Shown in pieces: positions 1-9,434 of a DNA stretch of 64,000 bases; the first letter of the stretch is position 1, and each line of letters begins with the position of its first letter. The position numbers were made by a program, and so were the translations under genes. The notes beneath the pieces were generated by a model. That model was not told where the DNA came from. It saw nothing but the letters and a program-made list of their open reading frames with translations, and made no database searches. The DNA is taken from NCBI GenBank assembly GCA_044224875.1, contig JBGAJQ010000007.1, positions 57,517 through 121,516 of the forward strand, in the 5' to 3' direction. This DNA comes from Gemmatimonadaceae bacterium (GTDB lineage Bacteria > Gemmatimonadota > Gemmatimonadetes > Gemmatimonadales > Gemmatimonadaceae).

Positions 1-2
1 TT

Positions 3-422
3 CAGGGGTCGAACGGTGCCGTGGTTCCTGCCGGTTCAAAAGTCGTTATCGAGGTCACGAAGCTGAAGCGCAGCGAGAACACCAACGATCGCATTGAGAT
101 CGGCTTGCGTGTGGTATCGATCGCTGTTGGCGACAAGACCTATACGCCGGATGCCGACATTGTCACCGCCCAGGTCGACCGCGTTCGTAACTCGTCCAAA
201 GGAAACGATACGAAGAAGGTGCTCGGCGGCGCCGTGGCCGGCGCCATCCTTGGGCAGGTGATCGGCAAGGACAAAAAGGGCACGATCATCGGCGCCGCGG
301 CTGGCGCGGCGGCTGGGGGCGCGGCTGCCGCCGCGACCGCCAATTTCGAGGGCTGCGTCAATAACGGCGCCCAGATCACCGTGAAGCTGAACTCGTCCAT
401 GACCGTGGCCGCGTCCAACTAG
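3..422 (+). CDS. Glycine-zipper 2TM domain protein (5' partial)
   Basis: Frame open from the window edge; GGAVAGAILGQVIG...GTIIGAAAGAAAGG glycine zipper. Confidence 0.75.
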   Translation, partial: QGSNGAVVPAGSKVVIEVTKLKRSENTNDRIEIGLRVVSIAVGDKTYTPDADIVTAQVDRVRNSSKGNDTKKVLGGAVAGAILGQVIGKDKKGTIIGAAAGAAAGGAAAAATANFEGCVNNGAQITVKLNSSMTVAASN

Positions 423-444
423 CTGGATGTTCAACGAGCCACCG

Positions 445-478
445 ACGGGCCGCCACCTTGGCGGCCCGTTTGGCGTTT
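445..478 (+). terminator. Intrinsic terminator
   Basis: 11-bp stem ACGGGCCGCCA/TGGCGGCCCGT followed by a T-rich tail, just after the CDS. Confidence 0.75.
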
Positions 479-664
479 ACCCCCAGTTCACTCGCCCGGC
501 GTCCACGCCGGGCCTAACGGGACGGACGTCCCCAAGCCCGCAGCTATTCCCTGACGAACGGTCCGGCTTCGTCCTGATCGCCTAGGTCGCCCTGGTATCG
601 CATTTCTTCCATGGCCGACGTGCCCTCCTGGGACGTCAACGACAATTGCTGATGGAGAAAAGCC

Positions 665-1912
665 ATGCGGCTTCGACACCTTTTAGTTGTCCCCGTGCTG
701 ACGCTCGTCGGGAGCTCGGCACAGGCAATGAAGATTCCGGCCTTCGCCCGGAAATACAATGTCAGCTGCGTGCAATGCCACGCGCCTGTTCCGAAGCTCA
801 ACAAGTTCGGCGAGGCCTTTGCGGCGAATGGGTTCGAGTTCGCGAAAGGAGAGGCGCCGCGAGACACGGTGGGCACGGGCGATCCATTACTTCGCCTGCA
901 GCGCACGTTGCCCCTCGCGGTGCGCTTCGACTCGTACATCACCGCGCTGTCGAAGAAGGAAGAGGGACAGAACTCCGCCGATTTCCAGTCGCCGTGGATC
1001 ATTAAGCTGTTGAGTGGGGGGCAGGTGGCCGACAAGGTCAGCTACTACACGTACTTCCTGCTGACCGAGCGAGGCGAGGTCGCCGGCCTCGAGGACGCCT
1101 ATGTCCAGTTCACCGACGTCTTTGGAACCAAGGCGAGCGTCATTTTTGGTCAGTTCCAGGTCTCAGACCCGGTGTTCAAACGCGAGCTTCGACTCAGCTA
1201 CGACGATTGGCAGCTCTACCGCCTGAAGGTTGGCGATGCGACCCCCGATCTCACGTACGATCGTGGCGTGATGGCGATGATCTCTCCGTGGGAAGGCGCC
1301 GATGTGTCGGTTCAGCTGTTGAACGGCGGCGGACTTCAGGCGGGCTCCGAGCAGCAGCAGTTCGATCGGGATTCCAAGAAGAACGTTGCGCTTCGCTACT
1401 CGCAGGCGATCGGACCGCTCCGGTTGGGTGGATTGGGGTATCGTGGTGCCGAGGAGGGGAACGGCGTTCGAAACACGATCACGGTGTGGGGGCCAGACGC
1501 CACCGTTCCGTTGGGCGGATTTGGCGAGATCAACGCGCAATTCCTGCGTCGGACGGATCGCGACCCGTTTTACGGGAGCTGCTCACCGATACACCCATGC
1601 CCCGGTGGAGCCACGATTCCATTCGACACGAAGGTCGACGCGGCGATGGCCGAAGCCGTGCTGTGGCCACAGGGACCCGCCGGCCGAGTCTTTTTCACCG
1701 GCACCTACAACTGGATCAAATCTGATTCGCCGGTGATCTCACTACGCCTCGGCGAGCAGTCGAACGGCACGGGATTCCTGACCAAGTACCAGACGTTGAG
1801 TGGCGGGGCGCACTTCCTTTACAAGCGCAATCTTCGCATGATGGCGGAGATCGGACACGACTTTGAACGCAAGCAGACCCGGTTCATCGCCGGGACTGTG
1901 TTGGCCTTTTGA
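665..1912 (+). CDS. Cyc2-like fused monoheme cytochrome c / outer-membrane beta-barrel
   Basis: Signal peptide, then IPAFARKYNVSCVQCH..PKLNKFGEAF..NGF (CxxCH); amphipathic beta-strands; C-terminal Phe. Confidence 0.75.
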   Translation: MRLRHLLVVPVLTLVGSSAQAMKIPAFARKYNVSCVQCHAPVPKLNKFGEAFAANGFEFAKGEAPRDTVGTGDPLLRLQRTLPLAVRFDSYITALSKKEEGQNSADFQSPWIIKLLSGGQVADKVSYYTYFLLTERGEVAGLEDAYVQFTDVFGTKASVIFGQFQVSDPVFKRELRLSYDDWQLYRLKVGDATPDLTYDRGVMAMISPWEGADVSVQLLNGGGLQAGSEQQQFDRDSKKNVALRYSQAIGPLRLGGLGYRGAEEGNGVRNTITVWGPDATVPLGGFGEINAQFLRRTDRDPFYGSCSPIHPCPGGATIPFDTKVDAAMAEAVLWPQGPAGRVFFTGTYNWIKSDSPVISLRLGEQSNGTGFLTKYQTLSGGAHFLYKRNLRMMAEIGHDFERKQTRFIAGTVLAF

Positions 1913-1919
1913 GACTACC

Positions 1920-2351
1920 ATGCATATGCATCGACACCTGATAGCGGTGGTGACGGGAATGGTCGTCGCTGCGACGATGGTCAGCGGGGTACGGCCGATC
2001 AGCTTCAACTGGTCGCCCATGTCGGCAGGCGCTGGGCAGGACACGAGCTTCTCGGCGGCGACGCTGGCGCTTGGGGAGAAGATCTTCCAGGGCAAGGCGG
2101 CCGGCGGGCTCTGCTTCTCGTGCCATGGTCCGGCCGCGAAGGGCACGAAGGGCCTCGCGCCGAACCTGACCGACGCCACGTGGCTGCACGGCGATGGCAG
2201 CTACAACTTCATCGTGTCCACGATCGAGTCGGGCGTGCCAAAGCCGAAGGAGGCCGCCGCACCCATGCCGCCCAAGGGCGGGGCCATGCTCACAACGGAG
2301 CAGGTGCGGGCCGTGGCGGCCTACGTCTACTCGCTGAGAGGCAAGAAGTAG
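1920..2351 (+). CDS. Monoheme c-type cytochrome (cbb3 subunit III / c553-like)
   Basis: N-terminal hydrophobic segment, CFSCH, APNLTD..WLHG, axial Met in PMPPKGG. Confidence 0.85.
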   Translation: MHMHRHLIAVVTGMVVAATMVSGVRPISFNWSPMSAGAGQDTSFSAATLALGEKIFQGKAAGGLCFSCHGPAAKGTKGLAPNLTDATWLHGDGSYNFIVSTIESGVPKPKEAAAPMPPKGGAMLTTEQVRAVAAYVYSLRGKK

Positions 2352-2359
2352 GTAGCGCG

Positions 2360-4111
2360 CTAGCGAGCGCTAGTCCCGCTCGCCCCGCTGGCGCGCGGCT
2401 CGCTCACGCCCTCCCAGCCGCGAGGCACGCGCATCACGGCGTTCGCGTTGGCCAGCCCGCCCATGAACCGCACCGCATGTCCCATGGCGACGAGCGAGTC
2501 ACGCACCGCCGGACTCAGCCCGTTGGTCTCCACCATCAGCGTATCTGGCAACGCCTGGTGGTGGAGACGCGGGGCGTGCATCGCGTCATAGAGGGACATG
2601 TGGTAATCGATCACGTTGATGATCACCTGTGACGTGGTCGTAATGATCCTCGGGCCGCCGGCAGCTCCAACCACCAGGAGCACGGAGCCCTTCGGGTCCA
2701 CGACGATTGTTGGCGACATGGCGCTCAGCATCCGCTTGCCCGGGGCGATAGCGTTGGCCTCTCCTTGCACCAGCCCGAACATGTTCGGTTTGCCGGGCGC
2801 CGCGGCGAAGTCGTCCATCTCGTCGTTCATGAAAATGCCGACACTGGGCAGGTACACGGCGGAGCCGTAGACGTTGTTGAGCGTTGTTGTCGTGGCCACG
2901 GCATTGCCCTGGTCATCCACCACCGAGTAGTGCGTGGTGCTCTCTCCATCGGCGATCTGCTGGCCGTTTGAGGGCGTCGGCGTGTTGCGGTTCGGGTTGA
3001 TCGTGCGCGCGAGTCGCTGCGCGTACGCCTTGGACGTGAGCTCGTCCAACGGCACCTTCACGAACGCCGGATCGCCAAGCTTGGCATTGCGATCAATGAA
3101 TGCGCGCTGGTAGGCGGACGCCATGAGGTGTGCCCAGGCCGTGCTCCCCCAAGGTCGTGGAGGGCCCGACGCTTCGAGCATGTTCAGCGTTTCCGTGATC
3201 GTGATGCCACCCGACGACGCGGGGGGCATGGTGTAGAGCGTGTGGCCGCGATAGGTACTGACGATTGGCGTGCGCCACACGGGTTGATACCGCTTCAAGT
3301 CGTCCCGCGTGATGATGCCCCCACCGCGCTGCATGCCTTCGACCAGCGAATCCGCCGTCTCGCCCTGGTAGAATCCGCTCGCCCCGCGGTCGGCAATCAG
3401 CTGCAACGTGTGCGCCAGGGCGGGCTGCTTGAACAACGTGCCCGGCTTGAGCGGCTCTCCGTTGGGGTAGAAGACCTTGACCGCCTCAAAGCGCCCCAGG
3501 TAACCCTTGCTGGCCGTGAGTGAGCCGAAGAGCGCCGAGTCCACGACGAATCCGTCCCGCGCCAGTCGAATTGCCGGTTGCATGACGTCGCGCAGCGGCT
3601 TCTTGCCGTACGAGGCGAGCGCCGCCACCATGCCAGCCACCGAGCCCGGCACGCCCGATGCGCGGTAGCCGACGATACTCTCATTCGTCGGATTGCCTTG
3701 GGCATCCAGGTACATGTTGCGGCTGGCGGCAAGCGGCGCCACCTCCCGGTAGTCGATAGCCGCATGTCGGCCGTCGGCCATCCGGATCACCATGAAGCCC
3801 CCGCCGCCGACGTTTCCCGCCATGGGATAGGTCACCGCCAGGGCAAACCCCACCGCTACCGCGGCGTCCACGGCATTCCCGCCGGCTTGAATGATCTCGG
3901 TACCCGCATCCGACGCCAGCTTGTTGTTGCTGGCGATCATGAAGCGCTCGCCAAATGACGCCGTGCCCCCCGGGGCAAATCGCCAACCCGTCGGATACAC
4001 CACCGCACTCCGCGACGGGGCCGCCGTGCCACCGCCCACGCTCGGCGTCGACGCCCGGCACGACACACCAAGGACCACCAGTCCCGCCACGGCGATGAAG
4101 ACTCTGCGCAT
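2360..4111 (-). CDS. ggt: Gamma-glutamyltransferase
   Basis: GGNAVDAAVA, DYREVAP, catalytic TTHYSVVD, KRMLSAMSPT; lipobox-like LGVSC. Confidence 0.95.
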   Translation of the reverse strand: MRRVFIAVAGLVVLGVSCRASTPSVGGGTAAPSRSAVVYPTGWRFAPGGTASFGERFMIASNNKLASDAGTEIIQAGGNAVDAAVAVGFALAVTYPMAGNVGGGGFMVIRMADGRHAAIDYREVAPLAASRNMYLDAQGNPTNESIVGYRASGVPGSVAGMVAALASYGKKPLRDVMQPAIRLARDGFVVDSALFGSLTASKGYLGRFEAVKVFYPNGEPLKPGTLFKQPALAHTLQLIADRGASGFYQGETADSLVEGMQRGGGIITRDDLKRYQPVWRTPIVSTYRGHTLYTMPPASSGGITITETLNMLEASGPPRPWGSTAWAHLMASAYQRAFIDRNAKLGDPAFVKVPLDELTSKAYAQRLARTINPNRNTPTPSNGQQIADGESTTHYSVVDDQGNAVATTTTLNNVYGSAVYLPSVGIFMNDEMDDFAAAPGKPNMFGLVQGEANAIAPGKRMLSAMSPTIVVDPKGSVLLVVGAAGGPRIITTTSQVIINVIDYHMSLYDAMHAPRLHHQALPDTLMVETNGLSPAVRDSLVAMGHAVRFMGGLANANAVMRVPRGWEGVSEPRASGASGTSAR

Positions 4112-4140
4112 CTGTGTCCAGCCTCGAAAGAAGTCGTTCC

Positions 4141-4821
4141 CTAGAATCCGACGCGAAGCCCGAAGGTGACCATGAAGTGACGGGCCAGCGTCTGCGCGTT
4201 CCCCGCGAGGTTGTCGCGCTCATGCACGCTATTCATGTACTCTCCCAACAACTCCAAACGCCAATCCCGCGCAAGCCCGTAACCAAAGCCGTAGCCCGCC
4301 GAAAAAAGAAAGTCGCGGTTTGATTTGGCTGGCGGCAAGTCTGCTTTCGGTGAGTCCTGCTCGAACGAGCCGAATTGCACGGCGCCGAGGAACAGGTGAA
4401 ACGTCTGGTAGAGCCCCGTGTCGCCGCCATTTGGTGCGCCACCGTGGAAGTTCGCGCCATACGTCGCCACGGTGGCGTGGGCGTCGCACGTGCCGCACGT
4501 TCCCGACGCACCCGCATAAACCAGTGGCATTCGCGTGTACGAGCCGGCGATCCCCGCGGTAACCCCGCCCGCGATCTCATGCTCGACAGTGAACGTGATC
4601 GGAAAGCCCTGTCCAAAATCCCAGATCGAGCTGGAGTTGCCGTCCTGAACCTGCGCCATCTGCATGAACCCCATGCCAATGGACGCCCAGTTGGACGGCG
4701 CGTCCGTCCCTCCCGTTCCGGACGGAATTCGCCCGCGCCCACGCCGGCCGCCCTCCTGGGCCTGGCCCGACGAGGCAACGGAAATGATCAACAGCAGCGC
4801 GGTTGCGAGTCGAGTGAACAT
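4141..4821 (-). CDS. Small outer-membrane beta-barrel protein
   Basis: Signal peptide, alternating strands, C-terminal FGLRVGF. Confidence 0.7.
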   Translation of the reverse strand: MFTRLATALLLIISVASSGQAQEGGRRGRGRIPSGTGGTDAPSNWASIGMGFMQMAQVQDGNSSSIWDFGQGFPITFTVEHEIAGGVTAGIAGSYTRMPLVYAGASGTCGTCDAHATVATYGANFHGGAPNGGDTGLYQTFHLFLGAVQFGSFEQDSPKADLPPAKSNRDFLFSAGYGFGYGLARDWRLELLGEYMNSVHERDNLAGNAQTLARHFMVTFGLRVGF

Positions 4822-4995
4822 GGCGAAAGAAAGGCGGCTGGACCTAACGACAGAGTGAACACCCTCAAGTGGCCAAGTGGGCCATCGTCACGTCCCAACA
4901 TTCCACCGGGGCACCCTTGCGCGTAAGTTAGCCTTGGCAGCAGAGGAGTTACAACGCAACTCCGCGCCAAAGGAGCACTCCCAAACCCCCGACCC

Positions 4996-5908
4996 GTGCC
5001 CGAACTCGATCCAAGAATCACGGAGCATCGCAACCCGCGGACGGCCGACATCGATCTCGCGTCCCCACTCGAGATCGTCGAGTTGATGAATGCCGAGGAT
5101 CGAACGGTGGCGGACGCGGTGTTCGCTCAACGACACGAAATCGCCCAGGCGATCGGCTTGGTGGAGACCGCCTTCAGGCAGAGCGGCCGACTGTTCTATG
5201 TTGGGGCCGGCACCTCCGGTCGCTTGGGGATCCTCGACGCGAGCGAGTGCCCTGCCCACCTTTGGCGCCGATCCATCGCTCGTTCAAGGCATCATAGCCG
5301 GCGGTATGTCCGCCGTCTTTCAGTCGCGGGAAGGGGCGGAGGATCGCCCGGAGGGCGGCAGGGAAGCGATAGACGAGGTGAATGCGAATAGCCCCGACGT
5401 GGTCGTCGGCATCGCCGCCTCAGGGACGACACCCTTCGTGCATGGCGCGGTCGCGCGCGCCCGGGAGCGCGGCGCCCGCACGGTGATGATTGCCTGTACG
5501 CCGATTGCCGACACGCTCCGCGCCAACTGCGACGTGACCATCATTGCAGTGGTGGGTCCAGAAGTCGTCACCGGTTCCACGCGGCTCAAGGCCGGCACGG
5601 CCACGAAGATGATCCTGAACATGCTCACCACGGGGGCGATGATTCGGATCGGCAAGACCTACGGCAACCTGATGGTGGACCTGCGCGCCACAAATGTGAA
5701 GCTGACGGACCGAAGCGAGCGGATCACCATGCTCGTCTGCGGTGTGGATCGTGACGCGGCGCGGGCACTGCTTCATGGATCGGGAGGCGCCGTGAAAACG
5801 GCCATCGTTATGCACCGTTTGGGTGTGGATGCCGCCCGGGCCGAAGACGCATTGGCGCGGGCCGGTGGCGTGATTCGGCGTGTGGTCGGCGGTGGGCCGC
5901 CACCATGA
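4996..5908 (+). pseudogene. murQ: N-acetylmuramic acid 6-phosphate etherase, split by a +1 frameshift near 5253
   Basis: TEHRNPRT and [15 protein letters not shown] in one frame; PTFG, GAED, GPEVVTGSTRLKAGTATK in the next; possibly a sequencing error. Confidence 0.9.
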
Positions 5909-7041
5909 CCCATCGTTCACGCACCCTGGTAGGCGTAATGTCCGGCACGTCGCTCGATGGGATCTCGGCGGCTGTCGTCAGGTTCACCGATGACACGTCC
6001 GGAACGACGCGTGCCGAGCTTCTGGGGTTCCGCGCCATCCCATACGACGATGCCAAACGCGCACGGATTGCGCGAGCCATCGACGGAGTATCGCCCGAGG
6101 AGTACTGCCGGCTGAACTTCGACCTCGGCCACTGGCTGGCCGACGCGGCCCAGGCCGCGATTGTCGAAGCGGGCGTACCGAGATCAGAGATCGCGGCCAT
6201 AGCATCGCACGGACAGACGTTGTGGCACGTCCCGCTGCACTCCACCTGGCAGACGGGAGAGGCCGCCGTGATTGCCGAACGGACTGGCCTTGCCGTGATT
6301 GCCGATTTTCGCGTGCGCGATGCTGCAGCTGGTGGCCAAGGGGCTCCGCTCGTTCCTATTGCTGACGCCCTGTTGTTTGCGCATCCGCACGAATGGCGCG
6401 CCCTCCAGAACCTGGGAGGCATCGGGAACGTGACGGTGGTCCCACCAGGAGGCGATCCATCGACGACCCGAGCGTTCGACACGGGGCCCGGCGTGGTGGT
6501 CCTGGATGGTGTCGCGCAGCGTGTGGCGCGGCGTCCCTACGACCGCGACGGCCAACTGGCGCGCGAAGGCACGCTCGATGAGAATGTCGTCTCGTGGGCG
6601 ATGGCGCATCCATACTTCCGTAGCTGGCCACCAAAGTCGACAGGACGGGAGCTCTTCACTCCCGCATATGTGGATGCTTTTATCGCCGAGTGTCGGACCC
6701 GGCGGCCCACGGCAAGCCCCGCGGATATCATGGCGACTGCCGTCGGCTTCACCGCGGAAAGCATCGCCGACGCGTTTCGCCGATTCATAGCCGAGCCGGT
6801 CTCCGAGGTGCTCGTGTCCGGAGGCGGGGCAGAGAATCCCGCCCTTGTCGCCGCGATCGCCGCGCGGTTATCGCCACGCCCGGTGAGGCGTTTCTCCGAC
6901 GTGTTCTTCGACGGTGAAGCGAAAGAGGCCGTCGCCTTTGCGCTGCTGGGCCACCTGTTTCTGGACCATCGGGCGGGCAACGTTCCAAGCGTGACGGGCG
7001 CGCGCGGTCCGCGAGTGTTAGGCAAGTTGACGCCGGCGTGA
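5905..7041 (+). CDS. anmK: Anhydro-N-acetylmuramic acid kinase
   Basis: GVMSGTSLDG, SHGQT, GGQGAPLVP, NLGGIGN, FDTGPG, PKSTGRELF. Confidence 0.95.
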   Translation: MTHRSRTLVGVMSGTSLDGISAAVVRFTDDTSGTTRAELLGFRAIPYDDAKRARIARAIDGVSPEEYCRLNFDLGHWLADAAQAAIVEAGVPRSEIAAIASHGQTLWHVPLHSTWQTGEAAVIAERTGLAVIADFRVRDAAAGGQGAPLVPIADALLFAHPHEWRALQNLGGIGNVTVVPPGGDPSTTRAFDTGPGVVVLDGVAQRVARRPYDRDGQLAREGTLDENVVSWAMAHPYFRSWPPKSTGRELFTPAYVDAFIAECRTRRPTASPADIMATAVGFTAESIADAFRRFIAEPVSEVLVSGGGAENPALVAAIAARLSPRPVRRFSDVFFDGEAKEAVAFALLGHLFLDHRAGNVPSVTGARGPRVLGKLTPA

Positions 7042-8567
7042 GTGACCTGGCGCAGCTACTCATCCCGGCCATCCGCTGGGATCCCGTCGACGGCTTCACC
7101 GGCGTGCAGGAACGAGTCGATCGTGCGCTGGGCCTGGGGGTTGGCGGGTTCATCCTGTTCGGGGGGACAACGGATGCCGTTCGGGCTTTGACCCGACACC
7201 TGGTCGCCAGCGGCAACACGCCGCCCCTGGTCATGTCCGACCTGGAACGGGGAACGGGTCAGCAGTTCGTCGGAGCCACCGGTCTTCCCCCGTTAGGGGC
7301 CGTGGGGTCAGTGGAGGACGAAGCCTTGACTCGCGCCGCGGCGCGCTTGACGGCACGCGAAGCGGCTGACGTCGGTGTTCGCACCGTACTGGCACCCGTG
7401 GCCGACGTCGACCTCAATCCCGACAACCCGATAGTCGGCACTCGGGCCTTCGGCACGGACGTCTCGAAGGTTGCCCGCCAGGTGCATCAGTGGATCGACG
7501 CCTGTCAGCAGGAGGGTGTCATGGCGTGTGCCAAGCATTTCCCGGGACACGGTCGCACGACGCGGGACTCGCACGCGGAACTCCCAGTCGTGACGGCGTC
7601 CGAATCGGAGCTGTTCGATACGGACCTCCTCCCATTCCGCGCCGCCTGCGACGCGAATGTCGCCGCCATCATGACCGCCCATGTCGCCTATCCCGCACTT
7701 GACTACACGGGAGCGCCGGCCACCCTCTCGCGACGGATCATGCGCGAGCTGCTCCGCGACCGCCTCGGGTTCAACGGGCTCGTGATGACCGACGCCATGA
7801 TCATGAGCGGCGTGCTTGGTGACGGTGACGAAGGCAAGGCGGGTGTGCGTGCGCTCGACGCCGGATGCGACCTGCTGCTGTATCCACAGGACCTGGACCT
7901 CGTGATCGACGCGCTCGAGAACGGGATTCGCTCGCGCACGTTGTCGGTGCGCGAGATCGAGCGCTCACTTGAACGCCGGTTTACGTGGGCCGAGTGGTGT
8001 GCGGGAAGGCCCGCGCCGACCGCCGTGACGCACAATGAACGCGAGGCGGCCCGAGTACTCTGCTCGCGCGCCATCCGTGTGATGCGTGGAGACGTCCCGG
8101 ACTTTGGGCGCGCCATCGACCTCGTGATCGTGGATGATGACGTCGGCGGCCCGTATCCTGCGCCCAGTCGCCAGCCCTTGCTCGACGCCATGCGACATCG
8201 CGGCCTGGACGTTCGCGTCGTCCATGAAGCTGCGCCGCGAGCCTCCGCGCCGTCGACCGCATCGGGCAACCCGTTGCCAGCACTCCCCTCGCTTCAAGGG
8301 CGACTCCGGCCGTCGGCCACATTGCTGGTGCTCGCCTTCAACGATATTCGGGCCTGGAAGGGCATGCCGGGTTTTTCCACGAACGCTCGCGCCTTGTTCG
8401 AGCATGTCGTCGCCGAAGGCCGAGCGGTCGGGCGCGAGGCCGTGGTGATCACATTCTGCCATCCGCGCCTCGCGGACTCCATCGATGCTCTCTGTGTCGT
8501 CAACGCATGGGGCGGTGAAAAGCCCATGCAGCTGGCGGTGGCCGAGTGGATGCGCGTGCCGGTGTAG
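7038..8567 (+). CDS. nagZ: GH3 beta-N-acetylhexosaminidase
   Basis: KHFPGHG..DSH, MTAH, TDAMIM; coupled to anmK. Confidence 0.85.
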   Translation: MSDLAQLLIPAIRWDPVDGFTGVQERVDRALGLGVGGFILFGGTTDAVRALTRHLVASGNTPPLVMSDLERGTGQQFVGATGLPPLGAVGSVEDEALTRAAARLTAREAADVGVRTVLAPVADVDLNPDNPIVGTRAFGTDVSKVARQVHQWIDACQQEGVMACAKHFPGHGRTTRDSHAELPVVTASESELFDTDLLPFRAACDANVAAIMTAHVAYPALDYTGAPATLSRRIMRELLRDRLGFNGLVMTDAMIMSGVLGDGDEGKAGVRALDAGCDLLLYPQDLDLVIDALENGIRSRTLSVREIERSLERRFTWAEWCAGRPAPTAVTHNEREAARVLCSRAIRVMRGDVPDFGRAIDLVIVDDDVGGPYPAPSRQPLLDAMRHRGLDVRVVHEAAPRASAPSTASGNPLPALPSLQGRLRPSATLLVLAFNDIRAWKGMPGFSTNARALFEHVVAEGRAVGREAVVITFCHPRLADSIDALCVVNAWGGEKPMQLAVAEWMRVPV

Positions 8568-8618
8568 CTGGCATCCGTTCGCGCCGTGCCGCCGGAGCGG
8601 CACGGCAGCGGGATGCCC

Positions 8619-9083
8619 TCAGTATTCCAAGGTGGCGCGAGGGAATACCAGCGTCCGGCTGGCGAGCTTTCCGTCCGCGACTGCCTTGGCGAGATCGAGC
8701 GATGACACCACGCCCAAGAGCCGATCATGCTCCATAACGAGCACACGATGCACGGCCGCTTCCTTCATCATGAACGCCGCTTCCTGGGCCGTTGCGTCTG
8801 GCGACAACCATCGCAGGGGAGGACGGGTCATCGCTTCTTCGATCGTGTGGTCCTCGAGCGGATTGGCGACGAGTCCTTCGTCAGCCTCGGTCGGCTCCGC
8901 CGCGAGCGACGCCATGAAGTCCAGAATGTCATTGGCCGTGATGATTCCCACCACGCGACCGTCGCGCAGGACTGGGGCGCCGGAGATGTGCCGCGTCGCG
9001 AAGACTTCCGCCGCTTCACGGATGCTCAGATCGGGGTCCACCGTGAGCACCTCGGTGGTCATGATCTCGCGCAGTTTCGTCAT
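8619..9083 (-). CDS. CBS-domain pair protein
   Basis: IMTTEVLTV, ISGAPV..VVGIIT, second repeat LLGVVSSLD; GGAGG before the ATG at 9083. Confidence 0.9.
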   Translation of the reverse strand: MTKLREIMTTEVLTVDPDLSIREAAEVFATRHISGAPVLRDGRVVGIITANDILDFMASLAAEPTEADEGLVANPLEDHTIEEAMTRPPLRWLSPDATAQEAAFMMKEAAVHRVLVMEHDRLLGVVSSLDLAKAVADGKLASRTLVFPRATLEY

Positions 9084-9434
9084 CGTTTCCTCCGGTAAAC
9101 TCTGCCGTATGGTGCGCGCGTAACACCTGCCACGTCTGTAGGCAGATACCGGAATACTCCTCAGGGAGTACGAGGTGGAACCGGCGTGCGGCGGCAGTTC
9201 CGCCAGTGGGACGGCGTGCGGTGCCGCGTCCCCTTTTTCCTGCGCGTTCATGGGGAATGCCCTGCGTCAGCTGTCTTCTTAGAGGCAGGATTCGACGAAG
9301 TGGCACGCCGGCGACGACGTGAACGCGTCCGGCCTGGAGGACCACACATTCGGCCAAACGAAACGCGAGCGACAAGTCCCGCCGCGCGCAGCGTGCGGTG
9401 AATCACGGTTTGGCTCGCACTTGGGAGACTTCCC

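Noticed and set aside
9084..9251. Long N-terminal extension of the CBS protein
   Set aside because: RBS and domain start support ATG 9083
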